A DNA stretch of 64,000 nucleotides from contig NIVC01000356.1 in NCBI GenBank assembly GCA_002269645.1, positions 434,001-498,000 of the forward strand. The letters are read 5' to 3'. This document shows, piece by piece, positions 24,638 through 36,905 of this stretch (positions are counted from its first letter, which is position 1; each line of letters opens with the position of its first letter). The DNA is from Macrostomum lignano (taxonomy: Eukaryota). The translations under genes were made by a program, and so were the position numbers. Under the pieces are notes generated by a model. It ran no database searches. It had not been told where the DNA came from and saw only the letters and a program-made list of their open reading frames with translations.

Positions 24638-26750
24638 TCTGAGCAGTGTCTCGGTACAGCCTACCAGTTTTGATAAAAATATCATTGCTAGATTGGGTGC
24701 AATGTTTTTTCTCAATTTTCTAAGATTTTCTTGACAGAAGCAACAAATCAAAATATCTTAGACCAATTTTTAAACATCTTGTCTAAAAATGGTTATGATA
24801 AAAATCAAACTTCTGTGAGTGTTATAAGGCAGTCATTTTATAACCAATCATGTCACAGAAAATTTGTAATTACTTTAAGAATTAGGTTTCAATTTCTAGC
24901 TGAAATGCTATTAGAAAAAAATAATTATAGAAATTAGATAAAAAATTGGCAGCACTTAAAAAAACTTTGGATCTAGTTGATAATAAGATCAATGACTATT
25001 AATTAAAATGATAAAATGAAAATTGGTTTTGTTAAATTATATAGCAAAGATTGCAAAGATTATTAGAAACTGGGAATTGAAATTGAATAAAAAGGCTATC
25101 ATTTTCAGAGCTAAAAAGCAGTCTAAAAACATGTTAACAACAATGCATACCTCCAACTTCAAATGCTAAAATGAGTGCAATAATTTTAAATTGTCTGTTG
25201 TTGAATTTTATAAATATATTTGATTGAATGCAAAAGACAGAAATTAACCATGCAATAAAACAATTAGTGAGTCACTATTTATTCTAGCATCCTACATTTT
25301 TCTTTCTACTTTTAATAAGATGAAAGCCAGTAATAATAATATCAATTTAAACCAATATTAGTATAAGTACTTTTTAATTTAAAAACTATTAAAATAGTAA
25401 TTATAAACCTGAAAAAACATTTTGACAATCTAAAAATGACTATATTTGCATATACAAAACTTGTTTTTTACAATAAAAATCACTTATAGTATTTTACAAA
25501 ATACTTACATGATCTTCGACTACCACTGGCATGCACAAAAAGTGAACCAGCCATTTGTTTCTTTTACTGAAAAAAGAAATAATACTTTTATTAGTGATGT
25601 GCAAACTATACCAAATATTATTAAATGCCATGTATTTCATATTCAATGAGATTGAGAACTGACACAATGCAAAGCAATTGGTGGTTTGAGTATGGTAAAT
25701 AGAGTAAAGGCTTATTTACACTGCAATCAAATGAAAGACCAAATCACATCATTTGTTTGACTAAAGAATTTCTAAATTTTTATGTGATCACTTGAAATCT
25801 TAGCTAACTTAGAAAATTTTTAAATTCAGCAACAAAGTTAATAATACGAAGGCTAGTTGATCAACTAGAATGCTATACATTGGTTGCTTGCCTTTTATAC
25901 AACATGCCAAGTTGCACAATACACAAAACTCAAATCAAACCATTCTATTTAAACAACTTTCAATATAGTCTGACTGTCACTTCAAAATTGACTGGTTATC
26001 ACACTAGTTATGTTATTAACTAATTTATTATTTTCCATCACATGAGCCAAAAGTTGCAAACTCTGGCCCGCAGGCCAAATGTGGCCTATAAAGCCTCTTT
26101 ATCTAACCTTTGCAGTCTTTTGAAACTGCACAATAGCAATCTGGCCTATTCAATGTTTGATACTTCTTAGCGCTCTTCTCTTGTCTTGTCTCTTCTTTGC
26201 TCCTCCCTTTTTTCTTTTCTATTCTCCTAGTCTAATTCATCTTTCCTCTTGTCTTATTTCCTTTTTGCTCCTTTATTTCCTCATCTCTTCTTTCTCCTAT
26301 CTTCTTTCTTTTTTATTCCTTTTCATCTCCTCTTTCTTCTAGACTGCAATCATGATCTAGAGTCTAGGTTCTTTATCTAGCCCTTGGAATAAAAAGTTTG
26401 CCAACCCTTGACATAAGCAAAATGAGTAAGTGTGTAAAAACAATGCCTGTTGATTGCTGCTAGAATCCCTGATAAACAAGGTGCAACTGCAAGAAAATCC
26501 TATTCTATGGGCCTACAACTTTTGGCATCATAATAATCAAAATACCAAGAAAGGAAGATAAAAAAGTATAATATGCTAGGTTTTTTGTTAGGCCTAGCTT
26601 GCGTCATATGCCAGTTATATCAACAAGAGCCTTGGCTTTGCCCTCTATATACTAGTATAGATTGTAGACTAGTATTGAATCCAAAGCATAAAATAGTTTT
26701 CTCAAACTTGCTGAAAATATGTATGATTTAGTATTAGACTTAGCTGGAGA

Positions 26751-26946
26751 CAGTAGTGCAACTAGAAATTTTTTGAGGGCAGATTCTGGAAAGTAAAGTC
26801 CCAAGAGGGAGGGGGCAGAGGGGTGGCTTTGTTTTTGGTAAAAATTTGCTTAGTCCTCCTTTTTGACTATTGACTTTGTTTTTTGGATTTCCACTTAATA
26901 TGGGGGGCAACTGTCCCCTTTTCTGCCCCCTCTGGTTGCACCATTG
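26751..26946. mobile_element. hAT-type MITE (196 bp)
   Basis: TIR cagtagtgcaactag / ctggttgcaccattg; 8-bp TSD gctggaga / gctagaga (1 mismatch). Confidence 0.65.
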
Positions 26947-27766
26947 GCTAGAGATATATGCATACAGTATTTCTTATGCAACTAATTGAAAAACTTGTAT
27001 CACCCTCCTCTAAACCTTAGCCTAGGTACCTAGTCATTCTTCTCAGTATATCTTATATATGTCTAACTCTAATGATTACAGTGTTAGTGCTTGTGATCAT
27101 TCATAAAAGTCAGTTGATGGCATGAAAAACTGAGGTGATTGTCAAAGATTTGTTAATCATCAACTGAAATTTTGTGTGATCACTTGAAAATTGGCCTCAT
27201 TTGATTGCCTTCTTAAGCATTCATACAGTCTCCGCAATTTATCAAATATGATTTTTTAAAATACAAGGAAAGTAGGCCTAACTTTTAATATCTCACTGCA
27301 GTCTCTACTGTCATACTGATAAGATTTATTATTGAACAATATAGGTCCTAGTAATATAGCAAGCCTATAGTCATGTGATTTGTGAGTAATGTTATATATA
27401 ATGAGGCCAACTCCTCCATTGGTAGAGTAAGGGGAAGAACTCCTATCGCCAGAATTTCATTTTCTGAAATCCATCAGCTGAATCCAATGACATGAATCCC
27501 ATCGTCTAAATCCTCTCCAAATCCTCTATTAAGCTCCCAAAAACCATGTTATTTTACCTGTTTGCAAAAACTGACTGCCTGCCATCATCCAGACTGACTC
27601 TTGCCTGTCTTCTCTCTCCTCTTTGCTCTCTCATCTCTAATCTCTCCTATCTCCTCTCTGCTCTCATCTCCTTGCTTATCTATCATTTCTTATCTCATGG
27701 GGGTTTTATTAGCATTGAACCCAGAACACGCGTCATCCACCCCTCCAATATATAGCAACCTGCGAG

Positions 27767-28451
27767 TAGAGCTGTCACGAGATCTCGACGAGACAAGATT
27801 CGAGACAAGATCTTGACATTTTTTCTCGTCTTGAGAAATCTTGAATTTTGTCAAGAAATTTGAGACAAGATTCAAGAATTTTTCTGCTACCTTTTTTTCA
27901 AAAGCTTTTAAGTGATAAGATATAAAAAGGGGAGCAAATTTTCATATAAATACAACTATTTGTTGTAACACGCTTGATAGGGTAATTTTCAAATGGTAAA
28001 ATCTAGCCAATGTTGAGTAGTTATTTAACAAACGTCGTTATATACGAGTTTGCATTGCATATGCACTCTTTTAGTTATCATTTCAGTTCTGCAGCAAGGT
28101 GTATCATAGCAGACTGGAAGACAATCTACACAGGTCTTTTGACGAATTAGTAATAGACATAGTAGGGCCAAGGGCCTATATGCTACAAGCATAAATTCTT
28201 ATGAATAAATAGCAAAGAAATTAAACTAGAATTAAGAAAGTATTCTGGAAAATCTAAAAAATATATTTTAGAATTGTATCTTATCAAGAAATTTAAGACA
28301 AGATAAGGCAAGATAAGAGCAAGACAAGATGCGATTCTGAAATCTATTTTTTAGATTTACTTTGTCTTGTCTCATCTCGAAATTCTCAACTTATAAGCCT
28401 TTCTTGTCTCAAATCTCGTCTTGAATAAAATCTCTAATTTTGACAGCTCTA
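27767..28451. mobile_element. Non-autonomous hAT element (685 bp)
   Basis: TIR TAGAGCTGTCA / TGACAGCTCTA; 8-bp TSD cctgcgag / cctgcggg; subterminal gagacaagat repeats at both ends. It interrupts the dispersed repeat also seen at 505-1440. Confidence 0.8.
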
Positions 28452-30305
28452 CCTGCGGGGGGAGGTTGGGGTGGTTGTTTTTACAACTATGCCACTACCC
28501 CTCCACTGGAGAGGCAAAGTGGCCAAAGAAGGTTAAGAAAACTGTTTTCTGCTTTTTTAACAGACCTAACTTTTAAATGTTAACATTAAAATAGCCTTTG
28601 TTGCATAGGAAAATTCTGCATTGATACATGTAAGTGTCGCATTTGAGTTGGCAGCCGTCTAGAAGGAGATATGCGTTAAACCCGGCCGGTCGATCGATCC
28701 ACTCAGCTTTAGATATAAGATAGGCCTTAGGCCTAACATAAATGGGGCATAACCATTATAGCCTTATAGTTATATCTAAATACACTAAATCTTAAATATA
28801 CTAAATAATAAATATACTGCACATACATAGGCGCTAGTGGCCTAGTATATAAGATATGTAGGTAAAGGTAATTGTAATGTAGCATCAGCTGCCGTTCGCG
28901 TCGCATTATTGGCACTGTTGCCGCGCCGCCGATCAAGCTTATTTGAGTTTAGCACATGCTGGCATGCTGGCTGCAGCTGGCACTAGGTGAGGGTTAAATT
29001 TTTTAAATCGTTTTAGGTAAGTGGTTTATCATTGCGCGCAAAAACTGTTTCTTCTTAGCTATTCTGAAAGGAAAAAGATACAATTTAAAATCAGAGGTCA
29101 TTATTCGAATTTATCGAAATAGTTTGTTTTATTCATAGAAGTATTTATCGTCGTTGGACAATTCAAGCGTTGACAAGCAAAGTTCTCGAGTAAAAATTCG
29201 CATATGCTATATGTATGCCACATCTAAACGAATATATGAAGTAATGCAGAAAATAACAAGGATTTATCCCCCCGTAAAAGCTATGGGAGGATATGCCAAT
29301 GCTTTGTCCCCCGCTGCCCCCACTTTGCTAAATTAAGTGCCTGTCTGTGGTCCCAAAATAAGTACTGCTTGCGGCGCCAAGATGAGTGCCTGCGGCGCCA
29401 ATGATCGATTGCCTGCTATAGGATCGGGAATTCACTGGTATAGGAAATTCTTTTGAGAACGGTTCGTTTAAACAGAGCAATTGGCGAGGCAAGCAATTAA
29501 ATTAAGATAAGACAGGGGAAAGCCGAGCCAAATAAAATAGTTAGTACGAAGGCCGCAGGCGGGTAACCAACAGAGACCTAGCAAAATAAAAGTCAAGTTC
29601 ACAGCATCCTCCATCAGATTACAAAGGCGAGGCGGTGAGTCGAGAGAGGTGAGTGACAGGCGAGAGGCAGCGGACTGGAGAAGAGCCACTGAGGGCGGCA
29701 CGTACCATGGGCTGCGGGAAGGGGAGCCGCCTGAACGCCTAAAGTACATGTAAGCAGTCAACTCCGATAGACGGGCGTGGCCGAACTGAAGATTTGTGCG
29801 GAAAGTGCAGTGCAAGACTCCAAGACTGCGCAGGAGCTGATCTCCCAATCGCTCGAGCTCAACCAACGCAAGTAACCTGCATGTGTAAAGTCAAAACCAG
29901 AAAAAGCGGTTTCAAATTGTTGATGTACCCCTTGCCGTGGCTATAACCACGTGAAATCCACCCCGCCTGCGGCAGGGGACAAAACTGTTAAATATTATAA
30001 AATAGATGAAGCCTTTGGCCCCAAGCGGTCAACTTTTGTTCTTGGTATAGCTTTCCGCAATTATTCCATTTAAGTTCATTTGAGCTTCGAGACAAGCAAA
30101 AAGGAGCCAACCACGGTCTCGATTGTACATGTAAAGACGTCCCAATTAAGCAGCAAACGATTCGCTAGACGAGTAGACTAAAATCGGATAGGAAGTAAAG
30201 AGGATCTTTTACACTTTTGGCTGCAAAATAAGTGCTAAAAACACCGATTGCCAAAATAATGTGTGAATTTAGTCCTGTAGAATTCTTGGCAATTGTGCCC
30301 CCACC

Positions 30306-30462
30306 CAGGGGCGTAGCCAAGGGGGGGGGGACACTGGGGACATGTCCCCCCCCGGAAAGGCAAAATTTTTTTATTACCTTTGTTTTTTTCTTCCATCGCT
30401 AACATCGGAGACGGATCTATGGCTCTGTCCCCCCCCTGACGCGAATCCTGGCTACGCGCCTG
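30306..30462. mobile_element. hAT-type MITE nested in another MITE
   Basis: TIR caggggcgtagcca / tggctacgcgcctg; TSD cccccacc / ccaccacc. The host element without the insertion is present at ~34550-34715. Confidence 0.7.
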
Positions 30463-32137
30463 CCACCACCATAAAATCCATGGCGACGCCCCTGGCTACT
30501 GCATGGTTTCGGTTTCGACGACCACCGAATATTCCTTTGGTCTCGACTAAATCCATTCGGCGGTCTCGATCACTTCGATTAGAGAAACGAACCAGCACAG
30601 GTAAAACATTAACAGCAGAGTGTAGTTACGTCCGGAGTCAGCAATGCTTTCTCACCACCCCTCTAACCACTCTGTGACCTTCGCTATATTGAGCAAGTTC
30701 AAAATAACACAGAAGTAAACTATACATGTAATAATTTGGAAGAAGTCTGTCCATATATGAAAAAGGTAGGGAATAACAAACCGCCAATGCAGGTGCGAAC
30801 ATCAGGATTGACAGCCATCTCCGGCTTATCCCACTGGTTCAGTCCAATTCATATACCTATGATCTTTCGGTCTTGTAAATTCTTTTATACAATTTTCGTA
30901 GACTGATCTAGTGGATTGCTGCTATACACTTTAGGGGGCTTACAGTCGAGATCGCGGTTGGCTTTTTGTTATTAGCTTTTGACTTAAATAACTCACGTTG
31001 AGACGATTACTGAGACTGATCTCTCTAAAACGCCGAGTTGAGCCACTCGGGCTGAGGTGTCGGCGTCGCCTATGTATACATTCTCCTCCTTTTCCCGGTG
31101 TGGCTATGGAAAAGTAAGTCCGAGGATGCATTTCTCAGGCCGAGGCGAAGGTCGATCTATTTGTTACATACAACTATAGCAGGACTGAGAACTATTTCTC
31201 AGGCCTCGTTTAGGGAATGAGAAATGGTTCTCAGTCCTCCTACAACCGATAAATTACCATAGAAGTTGTTGTTCCTCAGGAAAAGGATGAGACTGGGAAA
31301 GAGGCGAGAAAATGCACTTTTTATAGGTGAATTTATATTATAAACTTTCTATGCTTTCATCTCCTGCCTCTGGCGAGGTGGATTTCGCGCAACATGTATA
31401 GCATGACAGATTCAGGTGCTCCCGATGCTCCTCCCCGCTGGCATCTAAATTTCCCAAAATTTCTTATAATACGTGTAAGAAGTATACTTAATGACTTAAG
31501 TACATACAACTTTCTATTAATTTTACTGCTTATTAGAGTAGGATGAAAATTCTCTGAAAAAAAATTAATTAACTTCGTTTCGACTTAAAATTATGGATCG
31601 CAGTAAATTTGATTTTTTTAATAAATAAATAAATTTGTGACTCATTGTGCTTCGATGACCAAATATCTGCAGCATCTATCTAACTACTGACTTCTACCTT
31701 TGACTACTCAACAAAGTATTAATTGCTTCGTTTATAAAATTTATCTAAATACAGTCTCTTCATTTAAGCATGTTTGATAAACTTACTGTACCTACAGTAC
31801 AAGCCAGTACAATGCATACGGTCAGTATATTTTTTAGGTAGCAAAACATTGACGAGGGGTTTTCCCATAATTAAAGTTAACTAATTATTAGTAAATTAAC
31901 GAATCGATCGAGCTTAATAGAATTTTTTAAAAGCAACAATTTTTTAGATAAGGCCGTAGCAATAAACAGATCCAGACTGATTGAAACCATGTTAAAATTG
32001 TGCTTGCTTTTACCTAACCAAATGCAACGGATGTCTGGGATGATGCCAGTTTCGGAATGCACGTTCGTGCGTTTCGGACTACTAAGTTAAAAATTGGGAA
32101 TTAAAAGTTCAAAGCCCTAGCTTTGTTTAAAAATCAC

Positions 32138-33115
32138 GGGTCGCCATCACAAGCTCGAAAAGTCACAAGCTCTAAACCTAACCCCAAACCCTAACCCTAA
32201 GGCACAAGCTCTAAAAACCTAACCCCAACCCTAACCCTACCCTAACCCTAACCCTAACCCTTTTCGAGCTGTTGTGTCCCGAGACGGACCAGCCAGCTAC
32301 GTCTTGCGCTCTGTACGAGCAGGAAAACGCAGCCCCAGTCCTGCTGCTTGCCAACCCACTGTCGCACAAACGCGCAGGCAGTAGGCCAGCAACCAGGGTC
32401 GCAGCGAACGCACAGGCCCCGGTGACAAAGTCCTAGAGGCACTTGACCCCGAAATAACAGGAACAGAACGATACTTACTGTGGCGCGGATACTTGGCGCG
32501 CTGGGCGTCTATGTTGAACACGATTGTTGGCACGCTTGTTTTTGGTTTATTGTCATATACTATTTGCGGCGAAGGAGTCAGAGGAGAAGCGGTCGCATGG
32601 GGGGGAGAGGACAGGAGCGCACGCCAATAAATATCTGCCAGCACAACATGGGGTGGGGCAAAAGCTGCAGGGTAAGAGAAAAGGCGGGGTGCGTAGAGAG
32701 AGCGAGCGGGGATTGGCTGCAGCCACACAAAACGCGACTGGGGGTAGAAAACCAGAATTACAGAAAACAGCGACAGCCAATGAGAGAGCACGGAGGGGGA
32801 GGGATAATAATAATCAGGGGTGAGAAAGTTGCAGACATAGGCTGGACAAATAAACAACTACAATAATAGTTCATCAATTGATTGGGTCTAGTGCAGTGGC
32901 ACCAAAAAAATAAATAAAGTCTAAGAAAATAGCTCACAACAAGTTGCAAGCATGGAAGGGGTGGGGAGGGTTGGCAGAGGGAGAGAGAGAGAGAGAGAGA
33001 TAGAGAGACTACAGTAAGGGCAAATACATTGAGTTACGAATTCACAACAGAGCTTGTGATGGTGGTTGCTAAACCTTTTCGACGATGTGACTTTTCAGGC
33101 TTGTGATGTGACTCC
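32138..33115. mobile_element. TIR element carrying interstitial (CCCTAA)n telomere-like repeats
   Basis: Left end gggtcgccatcacaagctcgaaaag; degenerate CCCTAA tracts at 32175-32260; right arm ttttcgagc|ttgtgatgg is split by the LTR at 32270. Confidence 0.6.
32270..33049. mobile_element. Solo LTR (780 bp), Ty3/Gypsy-like 4-bp TSD
   Basis: Termini TGTTGTG...CACAACA, TSD gagc (32266-32269, 33050-33053). Internal CCAAT/ATTGG boxes, GC boxes and AATAAA at ~32912. Confidence 0.75.
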
Positions 33116-33628
33116 AATTAAATCACTCGCTAGAAAGGCTTGTATGTATAATTCGTTTTTGCAGAGAATGCCGTCGTCTATATGGCCCAAAAGGAACTGA
33201 CTGCGCAGTGTAAACGTCTGGGGACCTTCTGACCATATAGAATTCGCATTAAAATTGGCTGGTTTCACATGTATGTTTCGCAGAATAAATATATCGATTA
33301 AAATTTCGATCTGGACTGAGAAACTATATCTGGACATCCTGGCTTGTAGTTTATACTTTGTTAAGCGAGTTAATTACTATTACAATGTCTGTGCTTACAA
33401 GTTTGTCAAGTGACAACTGAACGTCCCTGTTGCTAATTTAGCTCAAGGCTCACTATATGTATTCGTGCAAAGTCGATTTCTTGAATTATGCTGGCTATAT
33501 AGAACCATTGATAACAGTTAAAAAAGGTACAGCTCGTATCATCCAATGCGATAACTAAATATATAATTAGCCAAGCCAAGGTTGTTGAATGTAATTGCTA
33601 CCGCAGCCCGGCAGTGTCCCATGCAGAG

Positions 33629-35035
33629 TTACATCATCAGCTGCTGTTGGAAACTGCTGAAAGCCAGCAGCAGGCCGACATAAAAGCCGGTCATCTGCAC
33701 AGCCAGTCCTACAGTCCAACAGTCGGGAGCTAGCAGCACATTCTTGAAGACGATGCTGCCACCGCTCTTTGTAGTCATCTCTGCCGGTGGTGGCGACGTT
33801 GAGTGGGACGGTGACGTGGCTGTTGACGTACGAGTAGACTCGCCATTGCATGTAATTGCAGCTTCTAGCACTGCAATGCGATGTAGGAGCATAGGTGGGC
33901 GGCATATTAGTCAATTACTGTAGATCCGGCTACAGCCACTCTTTACAGTGACAACCGGTGGTTGGCCCTCAAGGGCGTTAATTGCACGTGCAGAGCCAAG
34001 CCGAGAGTCCAATTTAGCCCCAAATTAATTTGACTGCACTAGGAATCGAGCCTGGGCCGCTGGCACATCAGAGCGCCGCGTTAGACCTCTAGGCTGCCCC
34101 CCCACAAATGAACTCCAACTTCCAGGTACGCTTTTGAAAGCTTAAAATTTCATTGGATTCAAAAAATTTAACCGCTGGAAACTGTTTCAAACCGACGAAA
34201 AATATTGATTTAACTTAACTACGCTTCTCTGGCAAGCTAAAATGACCTACATTACAGAGCTTTAGGCTATTCGTTGCGTCTATAGAACGCACTCAGGTAA
34301 AAAAGCCACCAGCTCGAGGGGTTCTAGTGACGTACGCTTCAGTGGCTGGTGTACATACATGTACGTACATGTACGAGCATACGTCAGAACGGCCACGTTT
34401 ACATACAGAGGCATCACGTTGACATGCCGCCCGCCCCCCCCCCCGTAAAAACTATGGGAGAACATTCCCCAATGCTTTGCCTAAGCCCTAAACCCACCGG
34501 CCTTGTGACCCGTTGTGAAATCAATAATTTTGTTTAAAAATAGCGCTTGTGGCGACAAAATGAGTGCCTGTCTGCGGCGCCGGAATGAGCGCTAACAACA
34601 CCAATTCTCAAAATAATGTATGCATGCTGGAATCAGGAACATGTAGACGTCATGTACATGTAGAATTCTTTGCGTTGTCCGCCCCACCATAAAGTCCATG
34701 GCGACGCCCCATGGACGGGCTATATGTACTCTTAAAGAGACGTCAAAAAGAGACCGCCATTGTAGCAGAAGCTCCATAAACGGTTCATTCCGCACCTTCC
34801 AGAGGATGAAAAAGTTAAACATGTAGATTTAAAAACCTTTAAAATATGCGCGATTGACCCTTTAAGTCTTGGAGACATATATATGTACATGTACCGCCCT
34901 AAAATACCACACGGGTACGTCGGGCTGGTCTCATTAATTTCCCACAACGTAATATTGTGCATGTCAACTGCATGGCTGTTCGCAGTACTCACCCAAGAGG
35001 CTCACTCCGAGGAAAAACATTTTCCGTAGATTCAT
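33629..35035 (-). CDS. Predicted 94-aa secreted/GPI-anchored or single-pass mucin-like microprotein (2 exons)
   Basis: Exon 34993-35035 (GTGAGT donor, phase 1) joins exon 33629-33870 (cattgcag acceptor, phase 1): MNLRKMFFLGVSLLVLEAAITC-NGESTRTSTATSPSHSTSPPPAEMTTKSGGS-IVFKNVLLAPDCWTVGLAVQMTGFYVGLLLAFSSFQQQLMM. Confidence 0.65.
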
Positions 35036-35707
35036 TATTTATCAGGTTTCAGGTTAGTTACTATGCAGTAGCCTACAGCACAAAGGTATGAATTAGCAGT
35101 ATAAGATGTGTGTCTAACTGCAATCCAAATGCGATCGCGATGAAGGTTTTGATATATCATTGAAGCTGATAAACTGTTTACATCTATTGGATGATTTTGA
35201 CCGTAAGTCAGTTAAAATTAGCACCATTGATCTAATTTTATTCCTCATGAAGGTATGCGGATCGGAGAAGCCAGTTTTGGAGTATTTTAAGATCTTAAGT
35301 TTAAATGGCATTTCTTGTGTGCTACCAAAGCCGCAGGAAGTCAATCTGCTTTTACTATAGAAAGGTAGAATTTTTCGATTTTTAGCAAAGGCTAGCTGAA
35401 AAATTACACTAAAGAGACGGGATCGCAGAAATTTGGCCGGAACTTGCTTGGAATGTCGATATCTTCGGTAGCAGCAAGGAAAAGATACCTGTAGTTCGTA
35501 TAATCTGTTTGATTGGATTTTCAGGCGTATAGGCTAGCATCCACAATCCTGTGAACAGTTAACTTGTGCAGAGTTAAACATCCGTAAACTTTGCCAAAAC
35601 TGGGGTGGGGCGAAAATCTCTCGCAAAACTGCTTTTACGTACTCTTTTGGCATTACATGTAGGGGGTAAAGTTATTCTATCTATCGCTTTAGCCAAGCAC
35701 TAGCAAT

Positions 35708-35885
35708 CAGTGTTGGGCACAATTCCGATACTCCGATACTCCGATACTATCGGCGATACCTTTTGGGTATCGGAGTATCGGAAACCGATACTTTTTTTGA
35801 CGGTATCGAACTTCGGTAACTTCCGATACAGTTTTCAAATTTTCCCGATAGTCCGATAGTCCGATACTTTTAAAATTTTGAGCCT
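35708..35885. mobile_element. End of a hAT-type element with subterminal CCGATA repeats
   Basis: Starts cagtgttgggca, followed by ~10 direct/inverted ccgata(c) motifs. Partner end and TSD not established. Confidence 0.5.
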
Positions 35886-36719
35886 GCAAACAATAAAAAT
35901 TTCGTTAAAATGAATGAAAAAGTTGCCTAATTGTACAGAAAGTAATGATAAATCCTTCACTTCTAGGTCAATGAAGCTGAAATAAATCAATACTTTCGTC
36001 CTTAAAATTAGTTTTTAGAACTTTAAAAAAAACAGTTTTTAAACTGCCTGCGCCATATATACTTTATCAATTAGTTAGTAATTAGTAATTATCATAAAAA
36101 TGATATTATTTAGTCAATTATCATGCTGCAACTTCTGCAACACTGTCACTGCCAGCCACTGATTGCCGATCGATTCTACAATTTCTTTAATATAGTGCAT
36201 ACACGAGTACTACACTAGTAACACGAGCAATTTATTGAACGATGCGTACATGCAGTCAGCAATACGCTCGTAAATAAAGGAATGCACTATTTTGGGCGCA
36301 TATATTGGGCAAGGCCAAGTTGAGTAAAGGGAAGAGAAGTGACGCGATTTACTTAGATTTTACATTTTAGAGAGCGGAGGGGCGAGGTGTTGCCCAATCA
36401 GAGGTGAGGCTATAAAGTCTGTACCTCGGCTTAGAGCATTTTGGTCTGGCTGGCTGGCTACATGTACATGTAGTGCACCCAACCCAAAAAACAAGACTGA
36501 GGGGCGCCCAATATACAAGGAGCAAATATTATTCACGCAAATCCATTAAAAAAGCACATTTTCTTGAGGACCGATGCCTTCTTCAGTTTTATAAATTACC
36601 TTATTCGAGTAAAATCGTCATGGACAAAGATGTTTGCTATGAATCTCTTCTTTATAAAAGTCATAGAAGTACACAACAAAATTAGCCTTCACAAAAATAG
36701 CAGGCATTCCCCACAAGAC

Positions 36720-36905
36720 GAAAGCACCCCCATATAGCAAGCATCCCCCAGACAGCAAGCATCCCCTAGACAGCAAGCATTCCCCAGATAGCATGCATCT
36801 CCCAGATAGCAAGAAGCATCCCCCAGACAGCAAGCATCCCCCAGACAGAAGCAACCCCTTAGACAGCAAGCATCCCCCAGACAGCAAGCATCCCCCAGGA
36901 TAGCA
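36720..36905. repeat. 18-bp minisatellite
   Basis: Unit gacagcaagcatccccca, ~9 copies. Confidence 0.85.

Noticed and set aside
29468-29866. 132-aa minus ORF as an upstream PFK exon or separate gene
   Set aside because: TTG start, no recognisable motif, no phase-compatible donor for the PFK acceptor, and it lies among nested repeats.
32175-32260. True telomere or chromosome end
   Set aside because: Short, degenerate, interstitial and enclosed by inverted repeats.
36380-36420. GC box, CCAAT and TATA cluster as a promoter
   Set aside because: CCAAT-TATA spacing is only ~13 bp and no downstream + strand gene or RNA was found.
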